Assembly: GCA_963666055.2 (NCBI GenBank)
Contig: CAXWPH010000002.1
Location: forward strand, 96,001-160,000
Direction: 5' to 3'
DNA length: 64,000 nt
Source: Acidobacteriota bacterium
Lineage (GTDB): Bacteria > Acidobacteriota > UBA890 > WLXD01
Below the pieces are notes generated by a model, which had not been told where the DNA came from, searched no databases, and was given only the letters and a program-made list of their open reading frames with translations. Below, piece after piece: positions 9,917 to 20,869 of the stretch. Positions within the stretch are counted from its first letter, which is position 1, and each line of letters starts with the position of its first letter. A program made the translations under genes and the position numbers.

Positions 9917-11842
9917 CTAGCGGTTCATCAGTGCAAAGCGCAATCCGACGTAGGCGCTGCGTCCGGGCGTGCCGAAACCCCAGATCTCCTGGTACTCGTG
10001 GTCGGCGATGTTGTCGATTCGACCGATCAGCTCGATGCCGGTGCTCATCTGCCATTGGCCGGCGGCATTCCACAGCGTGTAGCCTTCGAGCCGGACGGTG
10101 TCGGCAGTCCCGAAGTCGTTGCGCGCACCTTTGAAGCGCAGCTCGGTGAACAAGCTCAGGTCGGTTCGGGGGCGTACCCGTAGCATGATGGCGCCCTCGT
10201 GCTCGGGTCGTCGAAGGAGGTGGTCGCCGCTTCCCTTGGCCTTGGCGTCGGTGTACGTGTAGTTGGCGTCGAGGCGCACTTCGCGATGGGCAAGCAGGCT
10301 CGTGGCCAGCTCCAGCCCTTGGGTCGTGACGGCGCCCAGGTTCACGAAGCCTGCCGGGAAGGCGAACTCGATGAGGTTGTCGAGATCGTTGCGAAACCAT
10401 GTGGCGTCGGCGATGAGGCGTCCTCTCATGAACGTCCCCCCGCCCCCGATATCCCAGCCGGTGCTCGACTCTGGTCCGAGCTCCGGGTTGCCGAAGCCCG
10501 GGAAATACAGCTCATTGAAGTTGGGTGCTCGGAATCCGCTGCCCACCGAGCCGTGCAATCGTATTCCCGACGGGGCGTTGTAGGCGGCGGTGAAACGATA
10601 GGTGGTCTTGTCACCGAACCGCGAGTGATCTTCGTAGCGAAGCCCGGCCGCAACGTGTAGCCGATCGTTCCACGACCATCGATGCTGTGCGTACAGGCCG
10701 GTAACGTCGATAGACTCGTCCAGACCGCTCACACCGAAGGTCGAGATACTCTCGGTTGTTGCCGTCTCGCGCCGGCGCTCGATCCCCACGATCGTGGTGT
10801 TGTTGTCGTCCAGCCTCAGGTCGCTCTGGAAGTCGATCTCCCGAATGGAAGCGTCGATCGACGAGGAAACTGTGAACCCATCCGGGTCGGAGGTCCCCAG
10901 GCGCTGCTCGGTAGCGGAGAGCGTCAATTTGCCGGAGTACACGCCGCGGTCGTAGTCGAGCACCACACCGCCGTACGTCTCACGTACATCCTGCAACGCG
11001 TTGAGATCGTCGACCGGTCCGGCGACGAAGTCGAACTGGTCGAAGTGTGTCGAGCCGTCGAAATGGGTGAGGAAACCTTCTATGGCGATGCCGTCTCCGA
11101 AACGCGCTCCAGCGCGTGCATCGACCGCCGTGTTGCGGAAGCGGTCGCGCTCTGAGTTGCCATTGCGAGCGTCCGCGGCAGAAAGATTGTCGCTGTCGAA
11201 ATAGTCGAGGCCGAGCGAGTACCAGCTCGATTCGCCCTCCCTGGCGAGGCCCACGTTGGCGCGCAGGGTTCCGAAAGCTCCACCTTCCAGCGCCACGTCG
11301 AGCCCGGCAGTGTCGTTGCCGCGATGGGTGATGACGTTGATCACGCCGCCCACCGCCTCCGAGCCGTAGAGGGTGCTCTGCGGACCGCGAACAATCTCGA
11401 TTCGCTCAACCCGCGACGCCGGCAAGTACGCCCAGTCGTAGGCGCCGGTGGTGGGGCTGTTTACCTTCAGCCCGTTCACCAACACCAGCGTGTGGTTTGA
11501 GTTCGTGCCGCGCGTGAACACGGTGGTGGTGGATCCGGGGCCACCGGCGCGGGCGACGGTGACTCCCGGAACACGCGCCAGCACGTCCATCAGCCAGACG
11601 GCGCCACTGGAACGTATCTCTGCCGCTGTGATGATGGTGGTGCTGCTACCGACCGTGCCGAGTGTCTCCTCGAGGCGGTTGGCGGTGACGACGACGCGCT
11701 CCTCGATGCGCAACTCGTCCTCTGCCGCGGTCGAGGACTGTTGTGCCGGGGCGGATGCAGCGGACTGTCGCGCCATGGCCGGGTTGGAAAGAGACAGTGC
11801 GACGACGAAAGCGACCAGGAGCCGCAGCGTTGTGAAACGCAT
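9917..11842 (-). CDS. btuB: TonB-dependent receptor, vitamin B12 transporter BtuB-like
   Basis: Signal peptide, ERVVVTANR TonB box, RGTNSNHTLVLVNG, IEIVRGPQSTLYGSEAVGGVINVIT, PGRSAYVGLRF; directly downstream of a cobalamin riboswitch. Confidence 0.88.
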   Translation of the reverse strand: MRFTTLRLLVAFVVALSLSNPAMARQSAASAPAQQSSTAAEDELRIEERVVVTANRLEETLGTVGSSTTIITAAEIRSSGAVWLMDVLARVPGVTVARAGGPGSTTTVFTRGTNSNHTLVLVNGLKVNSPTTGAYDWAYLPASRVERIEIVRGPQSTLYGSEAVGGVINVITHRGNDTAGLDVALEGGAFGTLRANVGLAREGESSWYSLGLDYFDSDNLSAADARNGNSERDRFRNTAVDARAGARFGDGIAIEGFLTHFDGSTHFDQFDFVAGPVDDLNALQDVRETYGGVVLDYDRGVYSGKLTLSATEQRLGTSDPDGFTVSSSIDASIREIDFQSDLRLDDNNTTIVGIERRRETATTESISTFGVSGLDESIDVTGLYAQHRWSWNDRLHVAAGLRYEDHSRFGDKTTYRFTAAYNAPSGIRLHGSVGSGFRAPNFNELYFPGFGNPELGPESSTGWDIGGGGTFMRGRLIADATWFRNDLDNLIEFAFPAGFVNLGAVTTQGLELATSLLAHREVRLDANYTYTDAKAKGSGDHLLRRPEHEGAIMLRVRPRTDLSLFTELRFKGARNDFGTADTVRLEGYTLWNAAGQWQMSTGIELIGRIDNIADHEYQEIWGFGTPGRSAYVGLRFALMNR

Positions 11843-11874
11843 GGGAAACCCTCCCCCGAGGGACAACCGGGTGG

Positions 11875-12075
11875 TTGATTGCGGTCTCCTGGCTCACGGA
11901 TCGTCCTACTCGCCGCCACCTTCCCAGGCGTGAGCCCAGTGACGTTCGGGCCTGAGGCAGGCCGCGCGGCTCACGTACCGCGTGCCATCCGTCAGGCTTC
12001 GGGCGGCTTTCGTCCCCGTTCACAGTTGCGGGGCAGCGCGGGATTCTCACCCGCTTCCCGTGTCGACCTCTCGCC
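11875..12075 (-). promoter_or_regulatory. Cobalamin (B12) riboswitch
   Basis: Minus strand shows GGGAAGCGGGTGAGAATCCCGCGCTGCCCCGCAACTGT, then CACTGGG..CCTGGGAAGG and the B12 box AGCCAGGAGACC, upstream of the btuB-like gene. Boundaries approximate. Confidence 0.93.
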
Positions 12076-12222
12076 GACGCAGTCAGTAAGCCACATGAGT
12101 GCCAGCGCCTCAACCATTCCGCCGGGAGCCCTGATCCGACCCCGCGGTCCGACGAACGGGCACCCGGTTCTATGATGCGCCGGACTGGCTTCCAGGGCGC
12201 CTGGGTATGATTGCAGCCGACA

Positions 12223-12256
12223 CCAGACCCACCACACTTTCACCACCGCCTGCTAG
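12223..12256. repeat. Solo terminal inverted repeat of MITE family A
   Basis: CCAGACCCACCACACTTTCACCACCGCCTGCTAG matches 50236-50269 at 33/34 positions. Confidence 0.85.
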
Positions 12257-12270
12257 GGAGAAGATCGCAG

Positions 12271-13188
12271 ATGATCGAGGCGTTGCGCACCCCGGAGGAA
12301 CGCTTCATAGCCGTTCCCGACTTCGACTATGCACCGAACTACGTCGACGATCTGCCGGGGTTCGAAGGCCTGCGTATGCATCTGGTCGACGAAGGGCCGG
12401 CGCACGCTGATCACGTCTACCTTTGCTTGCACGGCGAGCCCACGTGGAGCTTCCTGTACCGCAAGATGATGCCGCCGTTGCTGGCCACCGGTGGTCGCGT
12501 TGTGGCGCTCGATTTCTTCGGCTTCGGTCGCTCGGACAAGCCCGTCGACGACGCCGTTTATACGTTCGACTTCCACCGTCGTTCGTTGGTCGAGCTCATC
12601 ACCCAACGCCAGCTCACCAACATCACCCTCGTCTGCCAGGACTGGGGTGGGCTGCTCGGACTCACCCTGCCGCAGGAGATGCCCGAGCGGTTTACTCGCC
12701 TGCTGGTGATGAACACCTCCCTGGGTACCGGCGACGTTCCTCTCTCGTCAGGCTTCGTCGCCTGGCGAGATTTCGTGCGCAACAACCCGGACTTCTCCAT
12801 CATGTCGCTCATGCGCCGCACCTGTCCGGGGCTGACGCCCGAGGAGCTGGCGGCCTACGAGGCGCCGTTTCCGGACGATCGTTTCCGTGCCGGGGTACGT
12901 ACCTTCCCGGCGATCGTGCCGAGCGCGCCGGACGATCCGGGTGCGGAGCTGTCACGTCGGGCACGGGCGTGGCTTTCCAACGAGTGGTCGGGTCAGACCT
13001 TCATGGCCGTCGGGGCTCAGGACCCGGTGCTGGGAGTGCCAGTCATGCGTGCCCTGGCGGAGACGATTCGTGGCGCCCCGGAACCGCTGGTGTTCGACGA
13101 TGCCGGCCATTTCACTCAGGAGGCCGGGGAGGTTGTGGTAGCGGCAGCCCTCGCCGCGTTCGGAGACCACCGGGCCGCTCCCGCGTGA
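12271..13188 (+). CDS. Haloalkane dehalogenase
   Basis: LRTPEERF, CLHGEPTWSFLYRKM, GFGRSDKP, VCQDWGG nucleophile, AYEAPFPD, AGHFTQE. Confidence 0.92.
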   Translation: MIEALRTPEERFIAVPDFDYAPNYVDDLPGFEGLRMHLVDEGPAHADHVYLCLHGEPTWSFLYRKMMPPLLATGGRVVALDFFGFGRSDKPVDDAVYTFDFHRRSLVELITQRQLTNITLVCQDWGGLLGLTLPQEMPERFTRLLVMNTSLGTGDVPLSSGFVAWRDFVRNNPDFSIMSLMRRTCPGLTPEELAAYEAPFPDDRFRAGVRTFPAIVPSAPDDPGAELSRRARAWLSNEWSGQTFMAVGAQDPVLGVPVMRALAETIRGAPEPLVFDDAGHFTQEAGEVVVAAALAAFGDHRAAPA

Positions 13189-13239
13189 CCGATTCCTGAC
13201 ATACGGTTGGGCGCCAGGCCCCGGTACCGACTCGGCGAC

Positions 13240-14637
<1,398 letters not shown>

Positions 14638-14657
14638 GGTGGGAAAGGTGTCGTCGC

Positions 14658-16109
14658 TCAGGCGTTGAGCACGCGACGCAGATAGCGCCCCAGGGTCTTG
14701 AGCCGGTAGCTGCCGCGCCGTGCGTTGTGGTAGCCGGACGGGAGCTCCGTGCTACTGAGACGGGCGTAGCTCTTGGCTGGCTCGAAGGCGTGCCCCTCGT
14801 GCCACTCATTGAACGAGTTGAGAAAGACGAGAAAGAAGCCTTGCCGGGAATTCGTGTGGAGCGGGTTGCTCTGAACCAGTATCGATGTGCTCAGCGTGCG
14901 GCGGATCTGCTTCTGCGAAAGTCGCCTGGCGCGCTCGCGCTCCTCCATTTCGCTCCAGCTCACCTGGGCGGGCGGATGGAATGGGTTGGGCACATAACAC
15001 GAGTCCTCAGGAACTGTTCTGCGGGCGATGCTGTCGAAGCCGGGGTTCGTATTGAACGAGTAGACCAGACCGTCGCTGTTGGCGCGTTCGGAGTGCCCTT
15101 GCCAGGTCGACGGGTCGAGGAAGTTGTTGTACACGGCGATGCCATCGAAGCCGGACTTGCGAGTGCGGTTCATGTTCAAGGAATCGGCCAGCATCGTCAC
15201 TTGGTCGAATTCCCCTGCGAAACGCTCGCGGACGCCGTCGGTCTGCTGCTTCCAGATCTCGTCGGGGGTGTAGTCCGGTACGTCATGGACGATGTCGTGG
15301 CAATCGGTGACCTGCGCTGCAACGATCGTGCGGAAAGACTTGAACACTGGCCCGACCTTGCCGTTGGCGTCGCGCAGTAGCAGAAATGCGTCCCAGCCCC
15401 GCCGTTCGCCGTACTCTTGGATCAGGTAGGTGATGTCGTCGAGATAACGATGGGCACGATCGTGCCGATACGGTTCGATGTGGAACATCACCTTGATGTC
15501 GTGATCGGCCATCACGTCCATCACGGCATGGGCGGACCCTCCGGAGAAGCTGTCGGCGCCCCACCAGCTCAAGTTCACGGCGCCCGCCCCGACTTCTTTG
15601 ATCCAGCGTGCGTGTCGCTCGATCACCTTCCTGTTGCGGGAGCTGTAGGCTCCCAACTTTGGAACGCTGGTGGCGGCGAGGTCGTGCGGTGGGACGCGAT
15701 CCCACTGCTGCCAGTGACGGAAAGGATCGTTGTTGTACCAGGGGTAGTACTCGAAGATGAAGTGGCGGTTCAGATCACCGCACCGTAGCTTCAGCAGCCG
15801 GCCGAACTCAGCCCACGGGAAGGCGACGCCGGCGCGCTTCGAGGGATCGGCAGCGAGGATGAGCCGCTGGAGGTCGGCGCCGCCATAGCGCAGCTCCATC
15901 TCCAACGAGGAAAAACCATGCCGCTCAAGCGCGGGGTCCGGAAGCCCCGTCAAACCGGCTGGCGTGTACGGTCCAGGCGTCGGTCCACTCCCCCCCCCCC
16001 CAGCCGCCGGTAGAGACCGCGCCACCAGGCCACCGCCGAAGCCGAACGCGGCTGGTGCCGCGATCGCTCCGAGGCTGCCGAGCACGCGTCGTCGTGACCA
16101 GTCAATCAT
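14658..16109 (-). CDS. Tat-exported glycoside hydrolase, GH99/GH71-like
   Basis: SRRRVL Tat motif; [39 protein letters not shown] (GH99-type ExxE). Confidence 0.75.
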   Translation of the reverse strand: MIDWSRRRVLGSLGAIAAPAAFGFGGGLVARSLPAAGGGGSGPTPGPYTPAGLTGLPDPALERHGFSSLEMELRYGGADLQRLILAADPSKRAGVAFPWAEFGRLLKLRCGDLNRHFIFEYYPWYNNDPFRHWQQWDRVPPHDLAATSVPKLGAYSSRNRKVIERHARWIKEVGAGAVNLSWWGADSFSGGSAHAVMDVMADHDIKVMFHIEPYRHDRAHRYLDDITYLIQEYGERRGWDAFLLLRDANGKVGPVFKSFRTIVAAQVTDCHDIVHDVPDYTPDEIWKQQTDGVRERFAGEFDQVTMLADSLNMNRTRKSGFDGIAVYNNFLDPSTWQGHSERANSDGLVYSFNTNPGFDSIARRTVPEDSCYVPNPFHPPAQVSWSEMEERERARRLSQKQIRRTLSTSILVQSNPLHTNSRQGFFLVFLNSFNEWHEGHAFEPAKSYARLSSTELPSGYHNARRGSYRLKTLGRYLRRVLNA

Positions 16110-16368
16110 GGGACAATTGAACCCTCTGACACGACCAAACGGCAAGTCTGTCCGGGGTCGCGCTGATTTCGCATCGGCGGCCTGGGAGGTCATCATGCGT
16201 GAAGGATCGGCATTCCCTGGGATTGCGGCAATCATCTGCCTCGGTTTCAGCGGGTTGCCCGCCGATCAGAAGATGGGCCAGCAGGAGGCGACGAATTTCG
16301 TTATCACGCGCTCCAATCTGGCAGCGTTGGCGCGCCTTGACGGTCCGCTGGCTGCGCGCTAACGGTGC

Positions 16369-16512
16369 CTAGCGGGCCGTGGTGGAAGTGTGGTGGGCCT
16401 GGCGATAGGGTCTTGCGAGGCGGAGGCAAGGATCGCCGTCGTCGAGCCTCCTCGGATTCGACTCAGTCGCGCGCGCCACAATATGCAACGAACCTCTGTT
16501 ACAGGACACTAG
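16369..16512. mobile_element. Hybrid MITE remnant: family A end joined to family B end
   Basis: About 16369-16430 matches the reverse complement of the family A right end (50269 inward); 16481-16512 ATATGCAACGAACCTCTGTTACAGGACACTAG matches the family B TIR at 29/32. Confidence 0.8.
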
Positions 16513-17016
16513 ATGTCTGAGTCAGGCTTTGATCAACGCGAGCTTCGCGGCGCGCTCGGTCGCTTTGCCACCGGTGTGACGGTCGTCACCGCCAAGGCTG
16601 ATGATGGGACGTACGTTGGTGTGACCGTGAGCAGCTTTAATACGGTCTCGCTGGAGCCGCCGCTGGTGCTCTGGAGCCTCGATCGCAAGTCGGGCACGTT
16701 TCCCGTGTTCGAGGCCGCGACCCACTTTGCGGTGAGCGTGCTCGGCACCGACCAGATCGAGCTGTCGAACACCTTCGCGAGCCGCGACGACGGCAAGTTC
16801 GACGGCGTGAAGTGCGGTGAGGGTGCCGGCGGTGCGCCGCTGATCCCGGGCAGTTTGGCGACGTTCGAGTGTCGCAACGCGCATCAGTACGACGGCGGCG
16901 ACCATGTGATTTTCGTCGGCGAGGTTGTGGCCTTCGACCGCCGTGAGGGTGTCGCGCTGCTGTTTCACGACGGGGCCTACTGTGTGGCGGCGCCACACGG
17001 CAACGGTACCGACTGA
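16513..17016 (+). CDS. Flavin reductase family protein
   Basis: LRGALGRFATGVTVVT, SFNTVSLEPPLVLWS, GGDHVIFVGEV. Confidence 0.93.
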   Translation: MSESGFDQRELRGALGRFATGVTVVTAKADDGTYVGVTVSSFNTVSLEPPLVLWSLDRKSGTFPVFEAATHFAVSVLGTDQIELSNTFASRDDGKFDGVKCGEGAGGAPLIPGSLATFECRNAHQYDGGDHVIFVGEVVAFDRREGVALLFHDGAYCVAAPHGNGTD

Positions 17017-17028
17017 CGCGGCGTGCCA

Positions 17029-19293
17029 ATGCAGCAGGTTCCGGCTCTGGTCCAACAGGATCTGGTCCTGGTGGGCGGCGGGCATAGCCACGTCACGGTT
17101 CTCAAGCGATTCGGCATGCGGCCCGAGCCCGGTGTGCGGGTGACGCTGATCTGCCGTGACACGCAGGCGCCGTATTCCGGAATGTTGCCCGGGATGATCG
17201 CCGGCCACTACGGATTCGACGACGCCCATATCGATCTCGGCCCGCTGTCGCGTTTCGCCTCTGCCCGCTTCCTCCGTGATGAGGTAATCGGGATCGACCG
17301 CGCAAACCGGCGGCTGCTCTGTCGTGGCAGGCCGCCGGTTGCGTACGACGTGGTAGCCATCGACATTGGATCGTCGCCGATCATGCGTGATGTCGAAGGT
17401 GCCGAGGGGGTGGTCGTTCCCGTCAAGCCCATCGACCGTTTCGCTCGCAAATGGACGCGAATTAAGGAGCGCATCCTGGCGCAGACGGGCCCCTCGGTAA
17501 TCGCTGTCGTCGGCGGTGGGGCAGGGGGCGTGGAGATTCTGTTGGCTCTCCAGCACCGCCTGCATTGTGAGCTGCTCCGTATCGGGCGCACCGACGAGCA
17601 CCTCGAATATCGGCTGTACACGCGCGACGGCGAGATCCTGCCATCGCACAACCGTCGCGTACAACGTAAGTTCAGGCGTGTCTTGGCGGAACGCGGCGTC
17701 ATCGTGCGACCAGATAGTGGCGTCGTGCGGGTCGAGAAGAACGGGCGCACCCGCCTGATCTTCGATCGAGGCGATTTTGCGGAAGTCGACGAAGCGCTTT
17801 GGGTGACCACGGCCGAGGCGCAGCGATGGCCCGGCGAGGGCGGACTGGAGGTCGATGAGCACGGCTTCATCCGGGTCAACGATACCTTGCAGTCGACAAA
17901 CGACCTCGACGTGTTCGCCAGCGGCGATGTTGCCGCCGTCGTGGGTTACCCGCGACCGAAGGCCGGTGTCTTTGCGGTGCGTCAGGGACCGCCGTTGGAG
18001 CACAACTTGCGGCGACGGCTGCGCGGGGAGTCGTTGAGGCCGTTCCACCCGCAGCGACATTTCCTCAGCCTGGTAAGCACCGGCGACCGGTACGCGGTTG
18101 CGTCGCGTTCGTTCTGGAGCCTCGAGGGGCGGTGGGTATGGCGCTGGAAGGATTGGATCGACCGACGTTTCATGCGCAAGTACAACGACCTTCCCGAGAT
18201 GGAGCCGCAAGCCGAGCCGGCTTCGCGTGACGACACTAAAACACTGCGGACGTTGTCGAGCCCGACGATGCGTTGTGCCGGATGCGGATCGAAGGTCGGC
18301 AGCGGCGTCCTCGAGCGGGCGCTGGCCAGGTTGTCGAGGACGCCTCACCCAGACGTCATCATCGGCCTCGATGCGCCCGACGATGCTGCAGTGGTGCGTG
18401 TGCCCGAGGGTAAGGTCCTAGTGCAAACAGTCGATCATTTCACCGCCTTCATCGACGACCCTTTCGTCTTCGGCCGCATCGCCGCCGTGCATGCGTTGAG
18501 CGACCTGCACGCCATGGGAGCCGAGCCGCAATCGGCCCTGGCGCTGGCAACGGTCCCCTATGCCGACGAGGCGAAGCTGGAGGAGGATCTGGTGCAACTG
18601 CTGGCGGGCGCTTTGGGGGCGCTTGACGAGTGCGGTGCTGCTCTTGTTGGCGGACACACCAGTGAGGGGCCGACAATGGCGCTGGGCTTTGCGGTGAGCG
18701 GGTTTGCCCATCCCGAAGCGCTCTCGACCAAGAGTGGAGCGCGGCCGGGCGAGGCTCTCGTGCTGACCAAGCCGATCGGTAGCGGCGTGTTATTTGCGGC
18801 GCACATGCGCCAGCGAGCCAAAGGGCGGTGGATCGAGGCGGCGTTGGCGTCGATGTCGACCTCGAATCAGGCTGCGGCCGAGATCCTGCGTCGCCACGGA
18901 GTGTCGGCGATGACCGACGTCACCGGTTTCGGGGTCTTGGGTCACCTGCTGGAGATGCTGCGCGCCTCGGAAGTGGGGGCCGAGATTGACATCGCGGCAG
19001 TGCCGGCCTACGACGGTGCGATCGCGGTGATCGAACAGGGGATCACCTCTTCGTTGCATCCGCAGAATCTGCGCTCACGCCGCGCGGTGGTCAACCCGGA
19101 GCTTGGTGCCGAGCGGCCGGCGTTCGCCCTGCTGTTCGATCCGCAGACGGCGGGCGGGCTGCTGGCGAGCGTTCCCGAGGCCACGGTCGACGCGGCGATC
19201 CGAGAGTTGGTGGCTGCGGGGTACCCGGCAGCCTGCCGTTTGGGCACGACGACCGAGGGCGAGCCTCGGATCACGCTGGGCTCACCCGGTTAG
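17029..19293 (+). CDS. selD: Selenide, water dikinase SelD with N-terminal FAD-dependent pyridine nucleotide-disulfide oxidoreductase domain
   Basis: N-term LVLVGGGHSH, YSGMLPG, VVGGGAGGVE, PKAGVFAVRQG; C-term MRCAGCGSKV, DDAAV, QTVDHF, GGHT, TDVTGFG, DPQTAGGLL. Confidence 0.93.
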   Translation: MQQVPALVQQDLVLVGGGHSHVTVLKRFGMRPEPGVRVTLICRDTQAPYSGMLPGMIAGHYGFDDAHIDLGPLSRFASARFLRDEVIGIDRANRRLLCRGRPPVAYDVVAIDIGSSPIMRDVEGAEGVVVPVKPIDRFARKWTRIKERILAQTGPSVIAVVGGGAGGVEILLALQHRLHCELLRIGRTDEHLEYRLYTRDGEILPSHNRRVQRKFRRVLAERGVIVRPDSGVVRVEKNGRTRLIFDRGDFAEVDEALWVTTAEAQRWPGEGGLEVDEHGFIRVNDTLQSTNDLDVFASGDVAAVVGYPRPKAGVFAVRQGPPLEHNLRRRLRGESLRPFHPQRHFLSLVSTGDRYAVASRSFWSLEGRWVWRWKDWIDRRFMRKYNDLPEMEPQAEPASRDDTKTLRTLSSPTMRCAGCGSKVGSGVLERALARLSRTPHPDVIIGLDAPDDAAVVRVPEGKVLVQTVDHFTAFIDDPFVFGRIAAVHALSDLHAMGAEPQSALALATVPYADEAKLEEDLVQLLAGALGALDECGAALVGGHTSEGPTMALGFAVSGFAHPEALSTKSGARPGEALVLTKPIGSGVLFAAHMRQRAKGRWIEAALASMSTSNQAAAEILRRHGVSAMTDVTGFGVLGHLLEMLRASEVGAEIDIAAVPAYDGAIAVIEQGITSSLHPQNLRSRRAVVNPELGAERPAFALLFDPQTAGGLLASVPEATVDAAIRELVAAGYPAACRLGTTTEGEPRITLGSPG

Positions 19294-19310
19294 CTACCCG
19301 CACTCGACGT

Positions 19311-20471
19311 CTACCGCACGATTATTTTCACGATCTGGGTGCGCTCGAACACGATCGGGTTGACGTGGCCCGGCCAGGCTACGGCGCTGACGAAGACGTA
19401 GATCGTGTCGCCCGGCTTGGGAATGTGGCCCTTCAGCGGCGCGAAGAACCAGTGGGTGGCCATCGCCTGGAGGACCGTCACCCCGCCCGGGCCGGATCCC
19501 AGCGACTGGCAGACCAGGCCCGGTGTGAGCCACTCGATGATGCCGGCGTACCAGGTACCGCCGATGTTCGCGATGGCCCACATGTTGGCGTTGACGTTGA
19601 CGCCACCGCCGGGTTCGAAGGCCACCGGCCACGAGAACTTCTTGGTGTGGTCCATGCACCACTGGAAGGTTCCCTGCGTGGCGGAGGTCAGCGTGGAGGT
19701 GACGGGCCACGGGCCGACGTTCATCGGACCGTTCCATTTCACGATCTTCGTGTCGATGGCATCGACGCAGCCTCTGCAGCCGCCGCCACCGCCTCCAGGA
19801 ATCAGAATTACTCCGGCCTTCCCGAACGTGACGAAGAAGTAGTCTTCCGTGGCGGCCACCACCGTGTCATAGGGGTTTTCGCTCACCGGAATCGCGGCTC
19901 TGGAACCGTTCACGGATCGGGCGCGTATTGGGATGGCGACATAGTCGTCCTTCCGGAAGCCCTTCAACCCGGAAATCTCGATCCAGTAGAAGATGCGTTC
20001 GCCCGGTTCCAACTCCACGATATCGCCGTTGGCGCTGAAATCCGCCGTAACGTCGTCGCCCCGGAACATCTTCGATCGCTTGCGCGTCGCCGCGTAGATC
20101 GTTGCTTCGAACACCGCGGCCGCGCCGCGCTCCTCGACGGTCGTAACCTCGGCGGGGATGTCGATCTTCAGACGCACCGAGTCGGACTTGGTGCCGTCGT
20201 TGTCGATCGCTACGAGGTAGCGTTCGGTGACCTTCTTGCCGCCGTCGAGGATGATGTTCTGCGCTGGGACCTCGGCCCCGCCCTCGTAGAAGTTGTCGCC
20301 CTTGAACTCATCCAACCGTACGACGTCGTCTTTGATGAGCCTTTTTACCTCGGAGACTGCGATGTCGGGTTTGAACTTGGCGGGCTTGCGCGACGGGCCG
20401 GCGTCCACTGTCGTCGACGCCACCGTGATGACACACAGGCCGAGCAGGATCGGGCGGAGGAAACGCGACAT
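19311..20471 (-). CDS. Hypothetical secreted two-domain protein
   Basis: 386-aa ORF with signal peptide, AGGAG RBS, high-GC3 codon usage, and a GGGGGGCRGC linker before a Trp-rich C-terminal domain. Confidence 0.7.
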   Translation of the reverse strand: MSRFLRPILLGLCVITVASTTVDAGPSRKPAKFKPDIAVSEVKRLIKDDVVRLDEFKGDNFYEGGAEVPAQNIILDGGKKVTERYLVAIDNDGTKSDSVRLKIDIPAEVTTVEERGAAAVFEATIYAATRKRSKMFRGDDVTADFSANGDIVELEPGERIFYWIEISGLKGFRKDDYVAIPIRARSVNGSRAAIPVSENPYDTVVAATEDYFFVTFGKAGVILIPGGGGGGCRGCVDAIDTKIVKWNGPMNVGPWPVTSTLTSATQGTFQWCMDHTKKFSWPVAFEPGGGVNVNANMWAIANIGGTWYAGIIEWLTPGLVCQSLGSGPGGVTVLQAMATHWFFAPLKGHIPKPGDTIYVFVSAVAWPGHVNPIVFERTQIVKIIVR

Positions 20472-20869
20472 GGGAGGAACTCCTGAGCAATGGCTGAAGT
20501 AGTCGCATCGGCGAGACTCACGCGCCCCTGCGCAGGCTCAACCAACGGCGTGTGGTTGTGAAATCCTGAGACAATCGTATCAAATCGACCGCCAGCAATG
20601 GCGATCGCCACCAATCGTTCGCCGTAGCGCGCGGCTCGGTCTTGGCGCCGTGCTGCATACTGTAAGTAGGGTGTTCCGTGTACGGTCGAGGTGCTGAGCA
20701 GCGGAATCCTACGTATCAGCGGGACTCGCACGACTTCGGTTAGGATGGTCGGTCGCCGATACGCGACCACGACGTGGAACGTTGCCGACCCCGCACGGTA
20801 CCGGGCCGGGTTCGCCCGGCGCACTGCAACCACGCTTCCAACACAGCCTAACAGCGGCACGACGCTGCG

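Noticed and set aside
16195-16362. 55-aa ORF with GGAGG RBS and hydrophobic start
   Set aside because: No recognisable domain; possibly a remnant next to the hybrid MITE, but too weak to call as a feature.
18268-18300. Possible selenocysteine in the SelD active site
   Set aside because: The codons are TGT/TGC (Cys); there is no in-frame TGA.
16522-18348. 608-aa minus-strand ORF and many similar long antisense ORFs (e.g. 19365-20486, 51800-53200, 7136-8104, 20891-21781)
   Set aside because: These are shadow frames of well-supported opposite-strand genes in high-GC DNA, with no motifs.
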